DNA of 64,000 bases from Thermodesulfobacteriota bacterium (lineage in GTDB: Bacteria; Desulfobacterota; Desulfarculia; JACQYL01): NCBI GenBank assembly GCA_963675595.2, contig CAXXLZ010000001.1, positions 384,001-448,000 of the forward strand, in the 5' to 3' direction. Below, piece by piece: positions 1 through 11,540 of this stretch (its first letter is position 1; every line of letters starts with the position of its first letter). Both the position numbers and the translations under genes were made by a program. Under the pieces are notes generated by a model, which saw nothing but the letters and a program-made list of their open reading frames with translations, ran no database searches and had not been told where the DNA came from.

Positions 1-63
1 GACATCAAAGAAGGCGATGTGATCGAGAGTTTTGTCCTCGAAGAGATCAAGCCCGTTCTATGA
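1..63 (+). CDS. infB: Translation initiation factor IF-2, C-terminal end (partial)
   Basis: Frame 1 reads DIKEGDVIESFVLEEIKPVL*, the IF-2 C-terminus; lies directly upstream of DUF503-rbfA. Confidence 0.9.
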   Translation, partial: DIKEGDVIESFVLEEIKPVL

Positions 64-87
64 TGGAGAGTCCGAACAGGTCGATGA

Positions 88-375
88 ATGGTTGTGGGAG
101 TCTGCCGCTTCGAGTTGATGATTCCGGAGAACCACTCTCTGAAAGGGAAGAGGAAGGTCATTCGTAGCCTTATCCAGAGAGTTCGGAACAAGTTCAACGT
201 TTCCATCGCTGAGTTGGAGAGCCAGGACGCTTGGCAAAAAGCCGTGCTGGGATTCAGCATCGTGGGAAACGACCAGAGCTTTGTCAATTCGTGCGTTGAT
301 AAGGTCCTGGATTATATTGAATATATGCACCCCGGAGAAATGGCCGATTCCGAAATCGAGATGATTCATTTATGA
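88..375 (+). CDS. DUF503 (YlxP-like) protein
   Basis: MVVGV...SLKGKRKVIRSLIQRVRNKFNVSIAE signature; conserved position between infB and rbfA. Confidence 0.9.
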   Translation: MVVGVCRFELMIPENHSLKGKRKVIRSLIQRVRNKFNVSIAELESQDAWQKAVLGFSIVGNDQSFVNSCVDKVLDYIEYMHPGEMADSEIEMIHL

Positions 376-731
376 GCTTGAGATACAAACGTTCGGACCG
401 AGTAGCCGACCTGATTCATCGGGAAATCTCGGATCTTTTTATGAGAAAGATCAAAGATCCGCGTTTGACCGATGTAACGATTACCGGGGTCGAGTTGACG
501 GACGACCTTCGTATCGCAACGGTGTTTTTTACCCGGTTTTCAGGAGTGACCGAGGAAATCGAAAGGGGTTTGAGGAGCGCCGTAGGGATGATTCGGAAAG
601 AGATCGGTGCTCGTCTGGTGCTGAAATATGTTCCCGAAATTCGCTTTCGACACGATACGTCCTTCGAATACGCGGAACGGATCGAGAGTCTTTTGAGAAA
701 GGTCCAGGATGAACCCGGCGAAGGCGGTTGA
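372..731 (+). CDS. rbfA: Ribosome-binding factor A
   Basis: RSDRVADLIHREIS...KDPRL...LKYVPEIRFRHDTS motifs. Confidence 0.97.
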   Translation: MSLRYKRSDRVADLIHREISDLFMRKIKDPRLTDVTITGVELTDDLRIATVFFTRFSGVTEEIERGLRSAVGMIRKEIGARLVLKYVPEIRFRHDTSFEYAERIESLLRKVQDEPGEGG

Positions 732-1683
732 GCTTATCGAGAAGTCCGGGGATGTGTTTGTTGCGGCCCATGTTAATCCCGACGGGGATGCCGTGGGATC
801 TGTATTGGCAATGGGCCTCGCTCTCAAGAAGATGGGAAAGACTCCTTTCATGTATCTTGAGAGCGCCGTTCCGGATTTCTTGAAGTTTTTGCCGGAGGTG
901 GAAGGCGTTTCATCTCGGGTCGACGATTTCCATCGGTTCGATCTCGCGATTATTTTGGATTGCGGAGAGCTTTCTCGAATCGGTGCGGCGGCGGAGGGTG
1001 CTTCGACGATCGCCAATCTGATCAACGTGGACCATCACCAATTCAACCGGATGTTCGGGTCCGTGAATTTGGTGGATACCGCGAAATGCGCCACTTCGGC
1101 CATCCTCATGCATCTGATCAAGGCCTTGAGTGTACCCCTGGACCATGACATCGCCGAGTGTTTGTACACGGGGATTGTTACGGACACCGGGGGCTTCCGA
1201 TACGGTAACACGGACATGGAGGCCTTCGCGCTGGCGTCGGAGTTGATCGAGTACGGGGTGGCGCCGGATCGGGTGGCTCGGGAGCTCTATCTGTCCATGC
1301 CGTTACGACGTCTACATCTGCTGAGAAACGCGCTTGCATCCGTGGAATTTCTCAATGACGGCGAAATCGGGACCATGGCCCTGACTATAGAAGATTTCCG
1401 CCAATGCGGTGCGGTGGTCTCGGATTCGGAAGGTTTCATTGACTACGTACGTTCCGTTCCCGGAGTTCGGGTGGCCGCTTTGATGAAGGAGAGCCCCGAG
1501 TCTACGGTGACCAGCGTGAGCTTGAGATCATGGGGGGAAGTGGACGTGTCAGCGGTGGCACGCGATTTCGGAGGGGGCGGGCATACCAGCGCCTCCGGCT
1601 TCCGTCTGGAAGGCACCATAATTGAGAACCGGGAACGGGTGCTGTCGGTATTGGGCGAGAGCCTGAACCGCGTCCGGGGATAG
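709..1683 (+). CDS. nrnA: DHH/DHHA1 phosphoesterase (NrnA-like oligoribonuclease/pAp phosphatase)
   Basis: HVNPDGDAVGS, DHH, TDTGGF and GGGGH motifs; between rbfA and truB. Confidence 0.9.
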   Translation: MNPAKAVELIEKSGDVFVAAHVNPDGDAVGSVLAMGLALKKMGKTPFMYLESAVPDFLKFLPEVEGVSSRVDDFHRFDLAIILDCGELSRIGAAAEGASTIANLINVDHHQFNRMFGSVNLVDTAKCATSAILMHLIKALSVPLDHDIAECLYTGIVTDTGGFRYGNTDMEAFALASELIEYGVAPDRVARELYLSMPLRRLHLLRNALASVEFLNDGEIGTMALTIEDFRQCGAVVSDSEGFIDYVRSVPGVRVAALMKESPESTVTSVSLRSWGEVDVSAVARDFGGGGHTSASGFRLEGTIIENRERVLSVLGESLNRVRG

Positions 1684-1684
1684 G

Positions 1685-2638
1685 ATGACGGAAACCGGTT
1701 TTCCGGACGGTGACTTGGACGCCGTCGTAGTCATAGACAAGCCTGAAGGCAAGACTTCGCATCAGGTGGTCGGCATCGTCAAACGGATGCTGGGAGTTGC
1801 GAAGGCGGGGCACACGGGTACCCTTGATCCTTTCGCCACGGGGGTTCTGCCCGTTTGTTTGAATCAGGCGACCAAAACATCGCGTTTTTTTCTGGAAAGT
1901 GATAAGGCTTACGAGGCCGTAATGGTCCTGGGCGTGGAAACCGACACCCTGGACGTTACGGGGGAAATCGTATCGACCGGTCAAACGATCGGTGTCGATC
2001 GGGACAAAATAGAGACGGCGGGAAAAAGATTTTTAGGAACGATCGAGCAAAAGCCTCCCGCATATTCAGCCGTGAAGGTGAAGGGAGAACGGCTTTACCG
2101 GTTGGCGCGCAAGGGCATTTGCGTGGATGTCCCCACGCGTCGGATCGAGATACGCGACATCCGGGTGCTGGATGTTTCGCTGCCCAAGGTGCGGTTCCGG
2201 GTTGATTGTTCCGCCGGAACCTATGTCCGTGTTCTCGCCTCCGACTGGGGGCGCGCATTGGGATGCGGAGCACATCTGGCCGAGCTGAGAAGGCTCCGGT
2301 GCGGCAGGTTCGTCGTCGAACAAGCATTAGGACTGGAAGAACTGGAGCAATCCGTCAGGGCCCGGGATTTGCATCGCTGTCTGGTCCCGATGGTTGAAGC
2401 TTTGAATCACCTTCCGAGCATTCGTGTTGAACCGTCGGTAGCCCGGAAGATACGGCACGGATGGCATCCGGAAGTCCGTCAACTCGGATTGGACTCCGGC
2501 GTGACCTGCCGCCCCGGAGAAGATGTTTTCCGGGTGGTGTCCGAGGGAAACGACTTGGTGGCCGTCATGGCCCCGGTGCGTGAAGATGGAAACGGCCGGG
2601 TGGAGCGTCTCCGCCCGCTGCGAGTTTTTAACGTGTAA
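1685..2638 (+). CDS. truB: tRNA pseudouridine(55) synthase
   Basis: KAGHTGTLDPFATGVLP, PPAYSAVK and CSAGTYVR motifs. Confidence 0.97.
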   Translation: MTETGFPDGDLDAVVVIDKPEGKTSHQVVGIVKRMLGVAKAGHTGTLDPFATGVLPVCLNQATKTSRFFLESDKAYEAVMVLGVETDTLDVTGEIVSTGQTIGVDRDKIETAGKRFLGTIEQKPPAYSAVKVKGERLYRLARKGICVDVPTRRIEIRDIRVLDVSLPKVRFRVDCSAGTYVRVLASDWGRALGCGAHLAELRRLRCGRFVVEQALGLEELEQSVRARDLHRCLVPMVEALNHLPSIRVEPSVARKIRHGWHPEVRQLGLDSGVTCRPGEDVFRVVSEGNDLVAVMAPVREDGNGRVERLRPLRVFNV

Positions 2639-2660
2639 GAAGACGAGGAGGTAGAACAAG

Positions 2661-2930
2661 GTGGCTCATTCCGCTGATACCAAAAGGCAGGTCATAGACA
2701 AATTTAAATTACATGAACACGACACGGGCTCTCCCGAAGTCCAGATCGCTCTTTTGAGCGAGCGTATCGTTCACCTGAACGAGCATTTCAAGAAACACAA
2801 GAAGGATCATCATTCCAGACGTGGACTCTTGAAGCTCGTCGGGCAGAGAAGGAAGCTCCTCAACTACATTAAGCGGAAGAACGTAGAGAGATACCGTGAT
2901 CTTATCCAGGAACTGGGAATCCGTAAGTAA
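2661..2930 (+). CDS. rpsO: 30S ribosomal protein S15
   Basis: [12 protein letters not shown]...[20 protein letters not shown]; GTG start with GAGGAGG RBS. Confidence 0.98.
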   Translation: MAHSADTKRQVIDKFKLHEHDTGSPEVQIALLSERIVHLNEHFKKHKKDHHSRRGLLKLVGQRRKLLNYIKRKNVERYRDLIQELGIRK

Positions 2931-2958
2931 GCCTGGAGTTAGAATGTGAGGAAAAAAG

Positions 2959-5067
2959 ATGCCCGAATGTGTTGAAGTTGATCTGGGATCCGGAAGGACC
3001 GTAACGATCGAAACAGGCAGAGTCGCCAAACAGGCGAGCGGCGCCGCAATCGTGAAGCTGGGGGATACCATTGTCCTGGTGACTGCGGTATCGGCTAAAG
3101 AGACCCGGGAAGGAATCGACTTCCTGCCCCTGACGGTGGATTACCAGGAGATGTCGTATGCTTCCGGCCGAATTCCAGGTAACTTCTTTCGCCGAGAAAT
3201 GGGGCGTCCGAGTGAAAAAGAGACGTTGACTTCTCGGCTGATCGACCGGCCGATTCGCCCCTTGTTTCCGAAAAAAGGCTATAGCAACGAGACTCAGATC
3301 ATCGCCACCGTCCTGAGCGTGGACCAGGTGAACGAGCCGGACGTGCTGGCTCTCGTGGGTGCTTCCACGGCCCTTTATCTTTCGGAAGCCCCTTTTATGA
3401 AGCCCATTGCCGGAGTCCGAGTGGGAAGATTTGAAGGACGGTTCGTTGCCAATCCGACGAGCCTCGAACTCGAATCCAGTGACATTGATATCGTGGTCGC
3501 CGGTACCCGCGATGCGGTCGTCATGGTGGAAGGCGGATGTTCTTTTGTGTCGGAAGCGGAACTTGTGGAAGCTATCGATTTCGGACACAAAGCAATGCAG
3601 CCGCTCATCGACGGACAAGAAGAGCTGCGAAGACTGGCGGGCAAGCCCAAGATGGAGATCAAGGTCCCTGACAAGGATCCGGAACTCATCCAAGCCGTAT
3701 CCGATTTCTGCATGGCGGACCTCAAAGAGGCCATTACCACGGTCCGGAAGATCGAACGACAAGACAAAGTCGCCGAGGCGAAGCAGAAGTTGCTGGAGGG
3801 GCTTGCCGAAAAGTACCCGGATCGGGGGAAGGAGATCGTGGAGGCCTTCGACGATCTGAAGAAGAAGTCCATGCGGGGCATGATCCTCGAGGAAAAGCGT
3901 AGAATCGACGGCCGTGCTTTCGACGAGGTCAGACCTATTACTTGTGAGGTCGGGGTGCTTCCCAGGACTCACGGCTCTGCCCTGTTTACGAGGGGGGAAA
4001 CCCAGGCTCTGGGTATTGCCACCCTCGGGACTACGTCCGACGAACAGAGAATCGAGTCGTTGGCCGGTGATTCGTTCAAGTCGTTCATACTGCACTACAA
4101 CTTCCCACCTTTCTGTGTCGGGGAGGCGAAGCAGTTGAGGGGACCGGGGCGTAGGGAAATCGGGCATGGCGCCCTTGCCGAAAGGTCTTTGTCCAAAGTG
4201 TTGCCGCCTGCGGATGGTTTTCCCTACACGATCCGAGTGGTTTCGGAGATTTTGGAATCCAACGGGTCTTCATCCATGGCTACGGTTTGCGCCGGTTCGC
4301 TGGCCCTGATGGACGCGGGTGTTCCCACGTCGGCCGCGGTGGGCGGTATTGCCATGGGGCTCGTGAAAGAGGGAGATCAGTTCGCTGTATTGAGTGACAT
4401 TATCGGCGATGAGGATCACCTGGGCGACATGGACTTTAAGGTAACCGGCACGCGAGAGGGCGTTGCGGCCATTCAGATGGACATCAAGATCTCGGGCCTC
4501 AGCAAAGAAATATTGACTCAGGCTTTGAATCAGGCCAAAGAAGGCCGCTTGTTCATACTCGATAAGATGGACGCGGTCATACCGGAGCCGCGAACCCGAG
4601 TTTCCGAATTCGCTCCCTGCATCGCCACTTTTCAGGTAAAACCTGAAAAAGTCAGAGAGGTCATCGGACCAGGCGGAAAGGTGATCAAGGGGATTACGGC
4701 GGAAGCGGGAGTGCTTCGCGTCGACATCGACGATGAGGGCATGGTGAAAATCGCCTCGCGAGACCAGGCATCCGCGGACAAAGCTATTGAACTGATCAAG
4801 GAAGTGGTCCGGGAAGCCCAGATCGGCGAATTCTACATAGGGACGGTCAAACGCATCACGGACTTCGGCGCGTTTGTGGAGTTGTTCCCGGGTGTGGAGG
4901 GACTGGTGCACATCAGCCAACTCGACGAGCAGAGAGTTCGGGAAGTGCGCGACGTGCTCAAGGAAGGTGACAAAACGCCGGTGAAGGTGATCAACATCGA
5001 TCCTCAAGGCAAGATTCGCCTGAGCCGAAAAGATGCATTGGCGGAGGAGAAGAGCAAGAGCTCATGA
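2959..5067 (+). CDS. pnp: Polyribonucleotide nucleotidyltransferase
   Basis: [27 protein letters not shown] and GDMDFKV motifs; C-terminal KH and S1 domains. Confidence 0.98.
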   Translation: MPECVEVDLGSGRTVTIETGRVAKQASGAAIVKLGDTIVLVTAVSAKETREGIDFLPLTVDYQEMSYASGRIPGNFFRREMGRPSEKETLTSRLIDRPIRPLFPKKGYSNETQIIATVLSVDQVNEPDVLALVGASTALYLSEAPFMKPIAGVRVGRFEGRFVANPTSLELESSDIDIVVAGTRDAVVMVEGGCSFVSEAELVEAIDFGHKAMQPLIDGQEELRRLAGKPKMEIKVPDKDPELIQAVSDFCMADLKEAITTVRKIERQDKVAEAKQKLLEGLAEKYPDRGKEIVEAFDDLKKKSMRGMILEEKRRIDGRAFDEVRPITCEVGVLPRTHGSALFTRGETQALGIATLGTTSDEQRIESLAGDSFKSFILHYNFPPFCVGEAKQLRGPGRREIGHGALAERSLSKVLPPADGFPYTIRVVSEILESNGSSSMATVCAGSLALMDAGVPTSAAVGGIAMGLVKEGDQFAVLSDIIGDEDHLGDMDFKVTGTREGVAAIQMDIKISGLSKEILTQALNQAKEGRLFILDKMDAVIPEPRTRVSEFAPCIATFQVKPEKVREVIGPGGKVIKGITAEAGVLRVDIDDEGMVKIASRDQASADKAIELIKEVVREAQIGEFYIGTVKRITDFGAFVELFPGVEGLVHISQLDEQRVREVRDVLKEGDKTPVKVINIDPQGKIRLSRKDALAEEKSKSS

Positions 5068-6323
5068 AGGAGGGCACGTGCCGTAAGACAATACTCGAAA
5101 ACGGCGTACGAGTGATCACCGAGGAAGTGTCCAATGTCAGGTCCGCCTCGGTGGGCTTTTGGGTGGAAGCCGGCTCCAGGGATGAGGAAGCGTCGGAACA
5201 AGGCATCTCACATCTGCTGGAGCACATGCTTTTTAAGGGCACGGAGCGGCGCACCGCACAAGACATCGCCCGGGATTTCGATTCCATAGGGGGTATCTCC
5301 AACGCCTTTACCGCCAAGGAGCACACTTGCTTCCACGCTAGGGTTCTGAACACCGATCTGAAGACGGCAAACGACCTTCTGCTCGATATGTTCCTGCATT
5401 CGAGATTCGATCCTGAGGACATCGAGTTGGAGAAGTCGGTCGTTCTCCAAGAAATCGGCATGGTGGAAGATACGCCCGACGAATACGTGCATGTGCTTTT
5501 CGGAGAAATGTTCTGGAACGGCAATCCTCTCGGCCGTTCCATTTTAGGGACTCGGGAGACCGTATCGAAAATGGATCGAGCGGAACTCCTGAGTTATGTC
5601 TTAAGGGCCTATATCCCTTCGAACGTTTTTGTCGCGGCCGCCGGGAACTTGAAGCACGAGGAGTTGCTGGACCACGTGGTGGAGGAGCTGTCGACTCTCA
5701 AGGTAGGACCGGGTACCAAGGAAAGCCGTAAGCCTCCCCAGCTTCACAAAGTGAGCGCGCATTTTCCCAAGGAGCTGGAACAGGTTCACATCTGTCTCGG
5801 AATGTCGGGTCCCACGGCGAGAGATGAAACACGTTTCATCGACACGATCCTGAACATCCTTTTGGGAGGGAACATGAGCTCCCGTTTGTTTCAGGAGATT
5901 CGGGAGAAGCGAGGCTTGACGTATTCCATTTACTCCTTTGCGAATACATATGTGGATACGGGGATGCTCGGCGTTTACATGGGCGTGGCTTCCGAATCGG
6001 TTGAGGAGGCTCTCGACCTTACCGCCGCAGAGTTCCGCAGATTTCGGGACGGCGACCTCACCGAGGAAGAACTCAAAGCCTCGAAGCGATACCTCAAAGG
6101 AAGTATTCTGCTGAGCTCGGAGAACATGGACAACCGAATGCTGCGGCTTGCCAAGAATGAGATTAATTTTGGCAGGTACATTGCCTGTGAAGAGGTGGAG
6201 CGGTTGATCGACGCCGTGACCTTGGAAGACGTGATCGAACATTCCAAACTTCGCTTGGACCCGGCCAACGTATCCATCACGACTTTGGGGCCTGTCGCCG
6301 GCAAAGCCGAATTTCCCTCCTGA
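5064..6323 (+). CDS. M16 family (pitrilysin-like) zinc peptidase
   Basis: [11 protein letters not shown] (HxxEH) and [14 protein letters not shown]; usual position after pnp. Confidence 0.93.
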   Translation: MKEGTCRKTILENGVRVITEEVSNVRSASVGFWVEAGSRDEEASEQGISHLLEHMLFKGTERRTAQDIARDFDSIGGISNAFTAKEHTCFHARVLNTDLKTANDLLLDMFLHSRFDPEDIELEKSVVLQEIGMVEDTPDEYVHVLFGEMFWNGNPLGRSILGTRETVSKMDRAELLSYVLRAYIPSNVFVAAAGNLKHEELLDHVVEELSTLKVGPGTKESRKPPQLHKVSAHFPKELEQVHICLGMSGPTARDETRFIDTILNILLGGNMSSRLFQEIREKRGLTYSIYSFANTYVDTGMLGVYMGVASESVEEALDLTAAEFRRFRDGDLTEEELKASKRYLKGSILLSSENMDNRMLRLAKNEINFGRYIACEEVERLIDAVTLEDVIEHSKLRLDPANVSITTLGPVAGKAEFPS

Positions 6324-6386
6324 ATCCAGGGGCGCTCCGAACTCCGACATCTCGAAGTGGGGGAACCCCGTCCGTAAAGGCCCCGG

Positions 6387-7160
6387 ATGATCCGATTTTG
6401 CGTACTGGCGAGTGGCAGCAGGGGCAACAGCATCTACATCGAATCTCCCGGATCGAGGATCCTGATCGATGCCGGGTTGTCCGGTAAGGAAACCCTATGC
6501 CGGTTGTCCGCCATCGGGGTTCCTCCCGAAAGCCTCGACGCCTTGGTGGTGTCTCACGAGCACACGGACCACGTTCGGGGCGTAGGCGTATTGGCCAGGC
6601 GTTTGGAGGTGCCCGTGTACATCACTCGGCCCACGCTCGACGCCGCGGCCGGCACCCTGAAAAAAATTCCCTCGTTCCAGCTGTTCCGTGACGGGACTTC
6701 TTTGCACATCGGGGACATGAGTCTCCGACCTTTCGCCGCCTCTCACGATGCCGCAGATCCGGTCAACTTCGTCGTCGGCCATGAAGAGAGTCAAGTCGGT
6801 ATCGTCACCGATTTGGGAGTGGTCACGTCTCTCGTTCGCAGCCGCCTCAAGGGCTGTGGAGCCCTGATTCTTGAAACCAACCATGATATGGAAATGTTGC
6901 GTAAGGGACCTTATCCTCCAAGTCTGAAACAGAGGATTCTCAGCCGGGTCGGACACTTGTCCAATGTCCAGGCGGCCCGACTTCTCGAAGAAATTCATCA
7001 CGATGGGATGCAATGCCTTTGTCTGGCTCACTTGAGTGAGGAAAACAACCACCCGGATTTGGCGACCGACGAAGTCGACCGGGTCCTCCGTCGATTTTCC
7101 GTGCGTCCTTCCGTTCACGTGCTCAGCCAGAACGAACCGAGTCCCGTCTTCAGCATATAA
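6387..7160 (+). CDS. MBL-fold metallo-hydrolase (YycJ/WalJ-like)
   Basis: LASGSRGN, SHEHTDH, GHLSN and AHLSEENN motifs. Confidence 0.9.
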   Translation: MIRFCVLASGSRGNSIYIESPGSRILIDAGLSGKETLCRLSAIGVPPESLDALVVSHEHTDHVRGVGVLARRLEVPVYITRPTLDAAAGTLKKIPSFQLFRDGTSLHIGDMSLRPFAASHDAADPVNFVVGHEESQVGIVTDLGVVTSLVRSRLKGCGALILETNHDMEMLRKGPYPPSLKQRILSRVGHLSNVQAARLLEEIHHDGMQCLCLAHLSEENNHPDLATDEVDRVLRRFSVRPSVHVLSQNEPSPVFSI

Positions 7161-7169
7161 CGGTTTGAT

Positions 7170-8546
7170 ATGCCTTTGATTTCACACAAAGAGCTTGGGG
7201 GTGTTCTTAAGGAGCCGGCATCGGAGTTCCCTTATTCCTTGATTGTTCTTTTTGGACAAGAATTCTTGGTAAACCGCTGTGCCGAAACGATCGTTCATTT
7301 TTTGCTGAATGAAGAGCAGAGAGCGCTCAACCTGAAGATCGTCGATGGAGACCGCGAAAACTTACCCGAGACGCTGCACGCATTGAACAGCTTTCCTTTG
7401 TTCTCCGGGAGGAAGGTGTTGTGGGTCAAGGGTTCACGGGTCTTCCTCTCGAAGACCTCGGCCAAAGATCTTTTCCAGTCGGCCAGGGATGCCTTTATGT
7501 CCGGAAGTCCCGGAGATGCCTACAGATTCGTTCAACGGATGTGTGCTGCGGCCGGCATGGAGGACTTGGGTTCGGACGGGAGCGGAATCACGGGTTTGGA
7601 TGAGCGGAGTTGGGAACGTCATTTCGGATTTGCGCGTTCTTCGGCGGATCAGGACCTGCTGGACAAGATTTTCACCGCGGGGCGCGAAATGGGAATCGTA
7701 TGGTCGGTATCCCAGGTGCGGGTGGATGCGCTTCAGGAGGCTCTGGACAGGGGATTCGCCGGAAGCAACGTTTTGATCCTTACGACGGCCGAAGCCGACC
7801 GACGTAAGAAGCTTTTCAAAGCACTCCAAGAAAAAGCTCTTATGGTGGACTGTTCCGTTGATTCCGGAAACTCCAGGAAGGCGAAAGAGCAGCGTCGCGC
7901 CCTTTCGGCGGGACAGCTCGAAGAACATCTGCGACAAGCGGACAAGGAAGCGACACCCCGCGCCCGTGGAAGGCTCCTGGATCTATCGGGTTCCGACCTC
8001 AGGCAGTTGGGAATGGAATTGGAGAAAGTCATCGCCTTCGTGGGCGACCGGAAGGAAATCACTCTGCAAGACGTGGAAGAAGTGGTTTTCATGGACCGTG
8101 AAGAGGCGGTGTACCAGATCATGGATACCATGGCCGGCAGAGACCTGGCGTCGGCATGTCGGGTGCTCGACAAACTGTGGGACCAGGGATTCTTTCCGTT
8201 GGCCGTGTTGAAAGTGATTGGAGACGAGTTGAGAAGGCTTCTCTGGGCTTCCTCTCGTTTCGGCAAAACACGCATGTCCTACGAGCAGTTTCAGCGGGAG
8301 AGTTATCCGCAACTGGACGAAACGGATCGGGAAGTGGTGGGGGGAATGGCTCCCTACGGCGTATACAAGCTGCTGGAATATGCGGGCCACTTCACTCGAG
8401 AGGGGTTGGTGAAGGCGCTTTCACGGACTCTGGAAGCCGATATCCGGCTTAAGACGGGAGCCGGTGATCCTAAGGGTGTGCTGGTCGATTTATTGGCCGA
8501 TGTCTGTCTCGATTCGAATACCGACAAGCAACTTACGATCCGATGA
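7170..8546 (+). CDS. holA: DNA polymerase III subunit delta
   Basis: LFGQEFLV, FPLFSGRKV, DLRQLGMELEKV and ADIRLKTG motifs; long form with a central insertion. Confidence 0.8.
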   Translation: MPLISHKELGGVLKEPASEFPYSLIVLFGQEFLVNRCAETIVHFLLNEEQRALNLKIVDGDRENLPETLHALNSFPLFSGRKVLWVKGSRVFLSKTSAKDLFQSARDAFMSGSPGDAYRFVQRMCAAAGMEDLGSDGSGITGLDERSWERHFGFARSSADQDLLDKIFTAGREMGIVWSVSQVRVDALQEALDRGFAGSNVLILTTAEADRRKKLFKALQEKALMVDCSVDSGNSRKAKEQRRALSAGQLEEHLRQADKEATPRARGRLLDLSGSDLRQLGMELEKVIAFVGDRKEITLQDVEEVVFMDREEAVYQIMDTMAGRDLASACRVLDKLWDQGFFPLAVLKVIGDELRRLLWASSRFGKTRMSYEQFQRESYPQLDETDREVVGGMAPYGVYKLLEYAGHFTREGLVKALSRTLEADIRLKTGAGDPKGVLVDLLADVCLDSNTDKQLTIR

Positions 8547-8573
8547 TCGTTTTTCGATTGGAGGAAACCTGGA

Positions 8574-9581
8574 ATGAAAGGTCTGCGGGGACTCGTTAAG
8601 GAGGTCCTGAGTTCGGGAATCTGCGTGGCCTGCGGAGCCTGTGCGGGCGTTTGTCCCCATCTGGTGTTCCGTGACGGCAGATTGATATGCCTCGACGACT
8701 GTAACCGAGAAGAGGGCCACTGCTACGACGTCTGTCCGAGGACGTCATCGGTGGAGCCCACCGGGGGACCGATCGGCGTTCACATCGGCGTATTTCGGGC
8801 CAAGTCCCGCAAGGAACCGTGGAGTCGCATCGGCCAATACGGGGGGACGGCTTCCGCCCTTGCGGCGTTCGCCGTTGAGGAGGGACTTGTTTCCCGGGCC
8901 GTTCTGACTTCCGGGCGAGAGGGAGAGCCTCCCGCCGGCACGGTGGTTTCATCGCCGGCGGAAGTGGAGAAGTGTGCCGGGTCACGATACGCGGGAGGTG
9001 GTTGCCTCTCCGTTTTCAATCAGGCTGCGGTCGAGGATTCTTCTCCCATGGCCCTCACCGTGCTCCCGTGCCAGGCACAGGCGCTTTGGAAAATGAAACA
9101 CGCCGGAGCGAACCGGCCGTCTCATGCCCAGGCCGTCGGACCGGTGATCGGTTTGTTCTGCACTTGGGCTCTGGACTATCGTTCGTTGCGCGACTTTCTG
9201 ACGAAGGAAGGAGTTTCGGAGGCGCGCTCGTACGATATTCCGCCTCCGCCTGCGGGCTTGTTTCAGGTGATGGGTCGCCAACAACAGTGGGACTTCCCCT
9301 TGGATCGAATTCGTCCCATGGTCATGAAGGGATGCGCTATGTGCGGCGATATGACGGCGGAATATGCCGATCTATCCGTGGGCGCCTATGAAGGAGACCC
9401 GGAATGGAATACCGTGATCGTTCGGACGGCCTTGGGACGGGAACTCGTGGAAAAGGCCGAGGCGAAAGGTTGGCTTGAATGTGATGCCGTGCCGGATGAG
9501 CGGCTTCGACACTTGGAAGAAGCTTCGGCGGCCAAAAGACGCCGGGCAATGGACGGATTCCATGGAAAAAGCGATGAGTAG
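8574..9581 (+). CDS. Coenzyme F420 hydrogenase/dehydrogenase beta-subunit-like (FrhB/FdhB) Fe-S flavoprotein
   Basis: N-terminal CxxCxxCxxxCP, GQYGGTASAL, IGLFC, GCAMCGD and ADLSVG motifs. Confidence 0.85.
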   Translation: MKGLRGLVKEVLSSGICVACGACAGVCPHLVFRDGRLICLDDCNREEGHCYDVCPRTSSVEPTGGPIGVHIGVFRAKSRKEPWSRIGQYGGTASALAAFAVEEGLVSRAVLTSGREGEPPAGTVVSSPAEVEKCAGSRYAGGGCLSVFNQAAVEDSSPMALTVLPCQAQALWKMKHAGANRPSHAQAVGPVIGLFCTWALDYRSLRDFLTKEGVSEARSYDIPPPPAGLFQVMGRQQQWDFPLDRIRPMVMKGCAMCGDMTAEYADLSVGAYEGDPEWNTVIVRTALGRELVEKAEAKGWLECDAVPDERLRHLEEASAAKRRRAMDGFHGKSDE

Positions 9582-9620
9582 CGGTCGAGGTCGGAAGGGC
9601 TCGGTGAAAGGAGTGGGTCG

Positions 9621-11540
9621 ATGAAGACCATAGCGCGTGACCAGCCGGGGGAACGGGTATTCATGTTGGGCAATGAGGCCATTGCCAGAGGACTCATCGA
9701 GGGGGGCGTCAGGTTCTGTGCGGCCTATCCCGGGAACCCGTCGTCGGAAATATTGGAAACTCTGGCTTCCGTGACGGACGAATTGGGAATTTGGGCGGAG
9801 TGGTCGGTAAACGAGAAGGTTGCCATGGAAGGGGCGGCGGCGGCCTCCTTTGCCGGAGTCCGAGCGGTGGCTTCCATGAAGCAGAACGGAGTGAACGTGG
9901 CTCTGGACTTCATCGCCGCCCTGGCCCTTTCCGGAGTGAAGGCGGGCACGGTGCTGATCACCTGTGACGATCCGGGAGCGGTCTCGAGCATTAACGAGGA
10001 AGACGCCCGTTTTGTGGCTCGGATCGCCGATTTGCCCCTCCTGGAACCTTCGTTTCCCGATGAAGCGCGCCTGATGGCGCATTACGCCCTTGAACTCTCC
10101 GAACGACTGGGGTCTCTGGTCGTCCTCAGGAGCGTGTCACGGCTTTCACACTGTCGTGAGGAGGTGGTGTTGGGAGAGGTCCCATCGTCGCACGACGTTC
10201 CCGGATTCGACCTTTCGTCGGTTTGGAAAACCTTTCCGGTGCCGCATTACCACCGGAAAATGCATGAAAACCTCGTTTCCGCCGCCGACGAATTCGAAAC
10301 GTCGCCCTTCAACCGATATGAGGGACCGGATGCTCCGGACCTCCTCGTTTTCGCTGCGGGGAGCTCCTACCTCTACTGTTGTGAGGTTTTGGGACTTCTA
10401 GGGTTGGAGGAACGAGTGGGAATCGCCAAGCTGAGCACGACTTGGCCGCTTCCCACGGCTTGGGTCGAGACGCAACTTGCCCGATGCGGGCGCATTCTGT
10501 TTACTGAAGAGGTGGATCCTTTCGTGGAGGATTCCATCAAGGCGCACTATGCTCAGGTCAACGATCGGCTCGGGCCGAAGCGGTTTTTCGGTCGTTCGAA
10601 CGGTTTCATCCCCAAGGAAGGCGAAATCACCCCGGACGCGATCGCGGCCGCAGTGGTGCGTGTCTTGGGGATCGAAGGTCCGGCCGTGGATGACGAATAT
10701 CGCAGCCGCGCAGCCAAGTGGGCGGACGAGATTCTACCGCCCAGGGCGGTGGGATTTTGTGCCGGGTGTCCTCATCGGGCTTCCTTTTGGAGCATTAAGA
10801 ACGCCCTGAAACTGGATGACCGCGACGGATTTGTCTCAGGAGACATCGGTTGCTACAGTCTTTCCCTTTTTCCCACGGGGTTCTCCCAATCCAAGGTGAT
10901 CCACTGCATGGGCTCAGGTTCCGGAGTCGCGGCGGGATTCGTGAAGCTCCGGGATCAAGGATTCAACCAACCCGTGGTCGCAGCGGTCGGGGATTCCACT
11001 TTCTTCCACGCGGGAATTCCTCCCCTCATCGATGCGGTGCATCACGGTGCGGACTACCTGCTGGTGATCCTGGACAACAGTGCTACGGCCATGACGGGTT
11101 TTCAGCCCCATCCCGGTTCTCCGCGAAACGCCCCCGGCGCCCCGGCACGAGAAGTGGATTTGGAAGCCTTATGTCGTGCCGTTGGAGCTTCCGTCACCGT
11201 AGAAGATCCCTACGATCTTCATGGAACCACGGAAACGTTGTATCGGCTGCTGAACGAGGAAGAAGGCGTCCGCGTTCTAATTTTGCGCCGGACTTGCGCA
11301 CTGGTGCAAAGAAAGCGGGGTGGGTTTCCCTACAAAGTCGAGGTGGATCCCGACAAGTGCCGGGGCGAGGAATGCGGATGCAATCGCTATTGCACGCGGG
11401 TGTTCCGCTGTCCCGGCCTTTTCTTCGACGACCGTTCCGGAAAAGCGGGAGTGGATGAGGTCATTTGCGTGGGTTGCGGTGTCTGCGCCGAGGTTTGTCC
11501 TCACAATGCCATCATCCGAAAGGAGATCAACCATGCGTGA
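9621..11540 (+). CDS. iorA: Indolepyruvate:ferredoxin oxidoreductase alpha subunit
   Basis: LGNEAIARG, YPGNPSSEI, NEKVA, FCAGCPHR, DIGC, GDSTFFH motifs; C-terminal ferredoxin domain. Confidence 0.92.
   Translation: MKTIARDQPGERVFMLGNEAIARGLIEGGVRFCAAYPGNPSSEILETLASVTDELGIWAEWSVNEKVAMEGAAAASFAGVRAVASMKQNGVNVALDFIAALALSGVKAGTVLITCDDPGAVSSINEEDARFVARIADLPLLEPSFPDEARLMAHYALELSERLGSLVVLRSVSRLSHCREEVVLGEVPSSHDVPGFDLSSVWKTFPVPHYHRKMHENLVSAADEFETSPFNRYEGPDAPDLLVFAAGSSYLYCCEVLGLLGLEERVGIAKLSTTWPLPTAWVETQLARCGRILFTEEVDPFVEDSIKAHYAQVNDRLGPKRFFGRSNGFIPKEGEITPDAIAAAVVRVLGIEGPAVDDEYRSRAAKWADEILPPRAVGFCAGCPHRASFWSIKNALKLDDRDGFVSGDIGCYSLSLFPTGFSQSKVIHCMGSGSGVAAGFVKLRDQGFNQPVVAAVGDSTFFHAGIPPLIDAVHHGADYLLVILDNSATAMTGFQPHPGSPRNAPGAPAREVDLEALCRAVGASVTVEDPYDLHGTTETLYRLLNEEEGVRVLILRRTCALVQRKRGGFPYKVEVDPDKCRGEECGCNRYCTRVFRCPGLFFDDRSGKAGVDEVICVGCGVCAEVCPHNAIIRKEINHA

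Noticed and set aside
2639-2660. Absence of ribF between truB and rpsO
   Set aside because: Direct truB-rpsO adjacency is a common arrangement and not notable
2902-4167. 421-aa minus-strand ORF
   Set aside because: Antisense to pnp; no motifs
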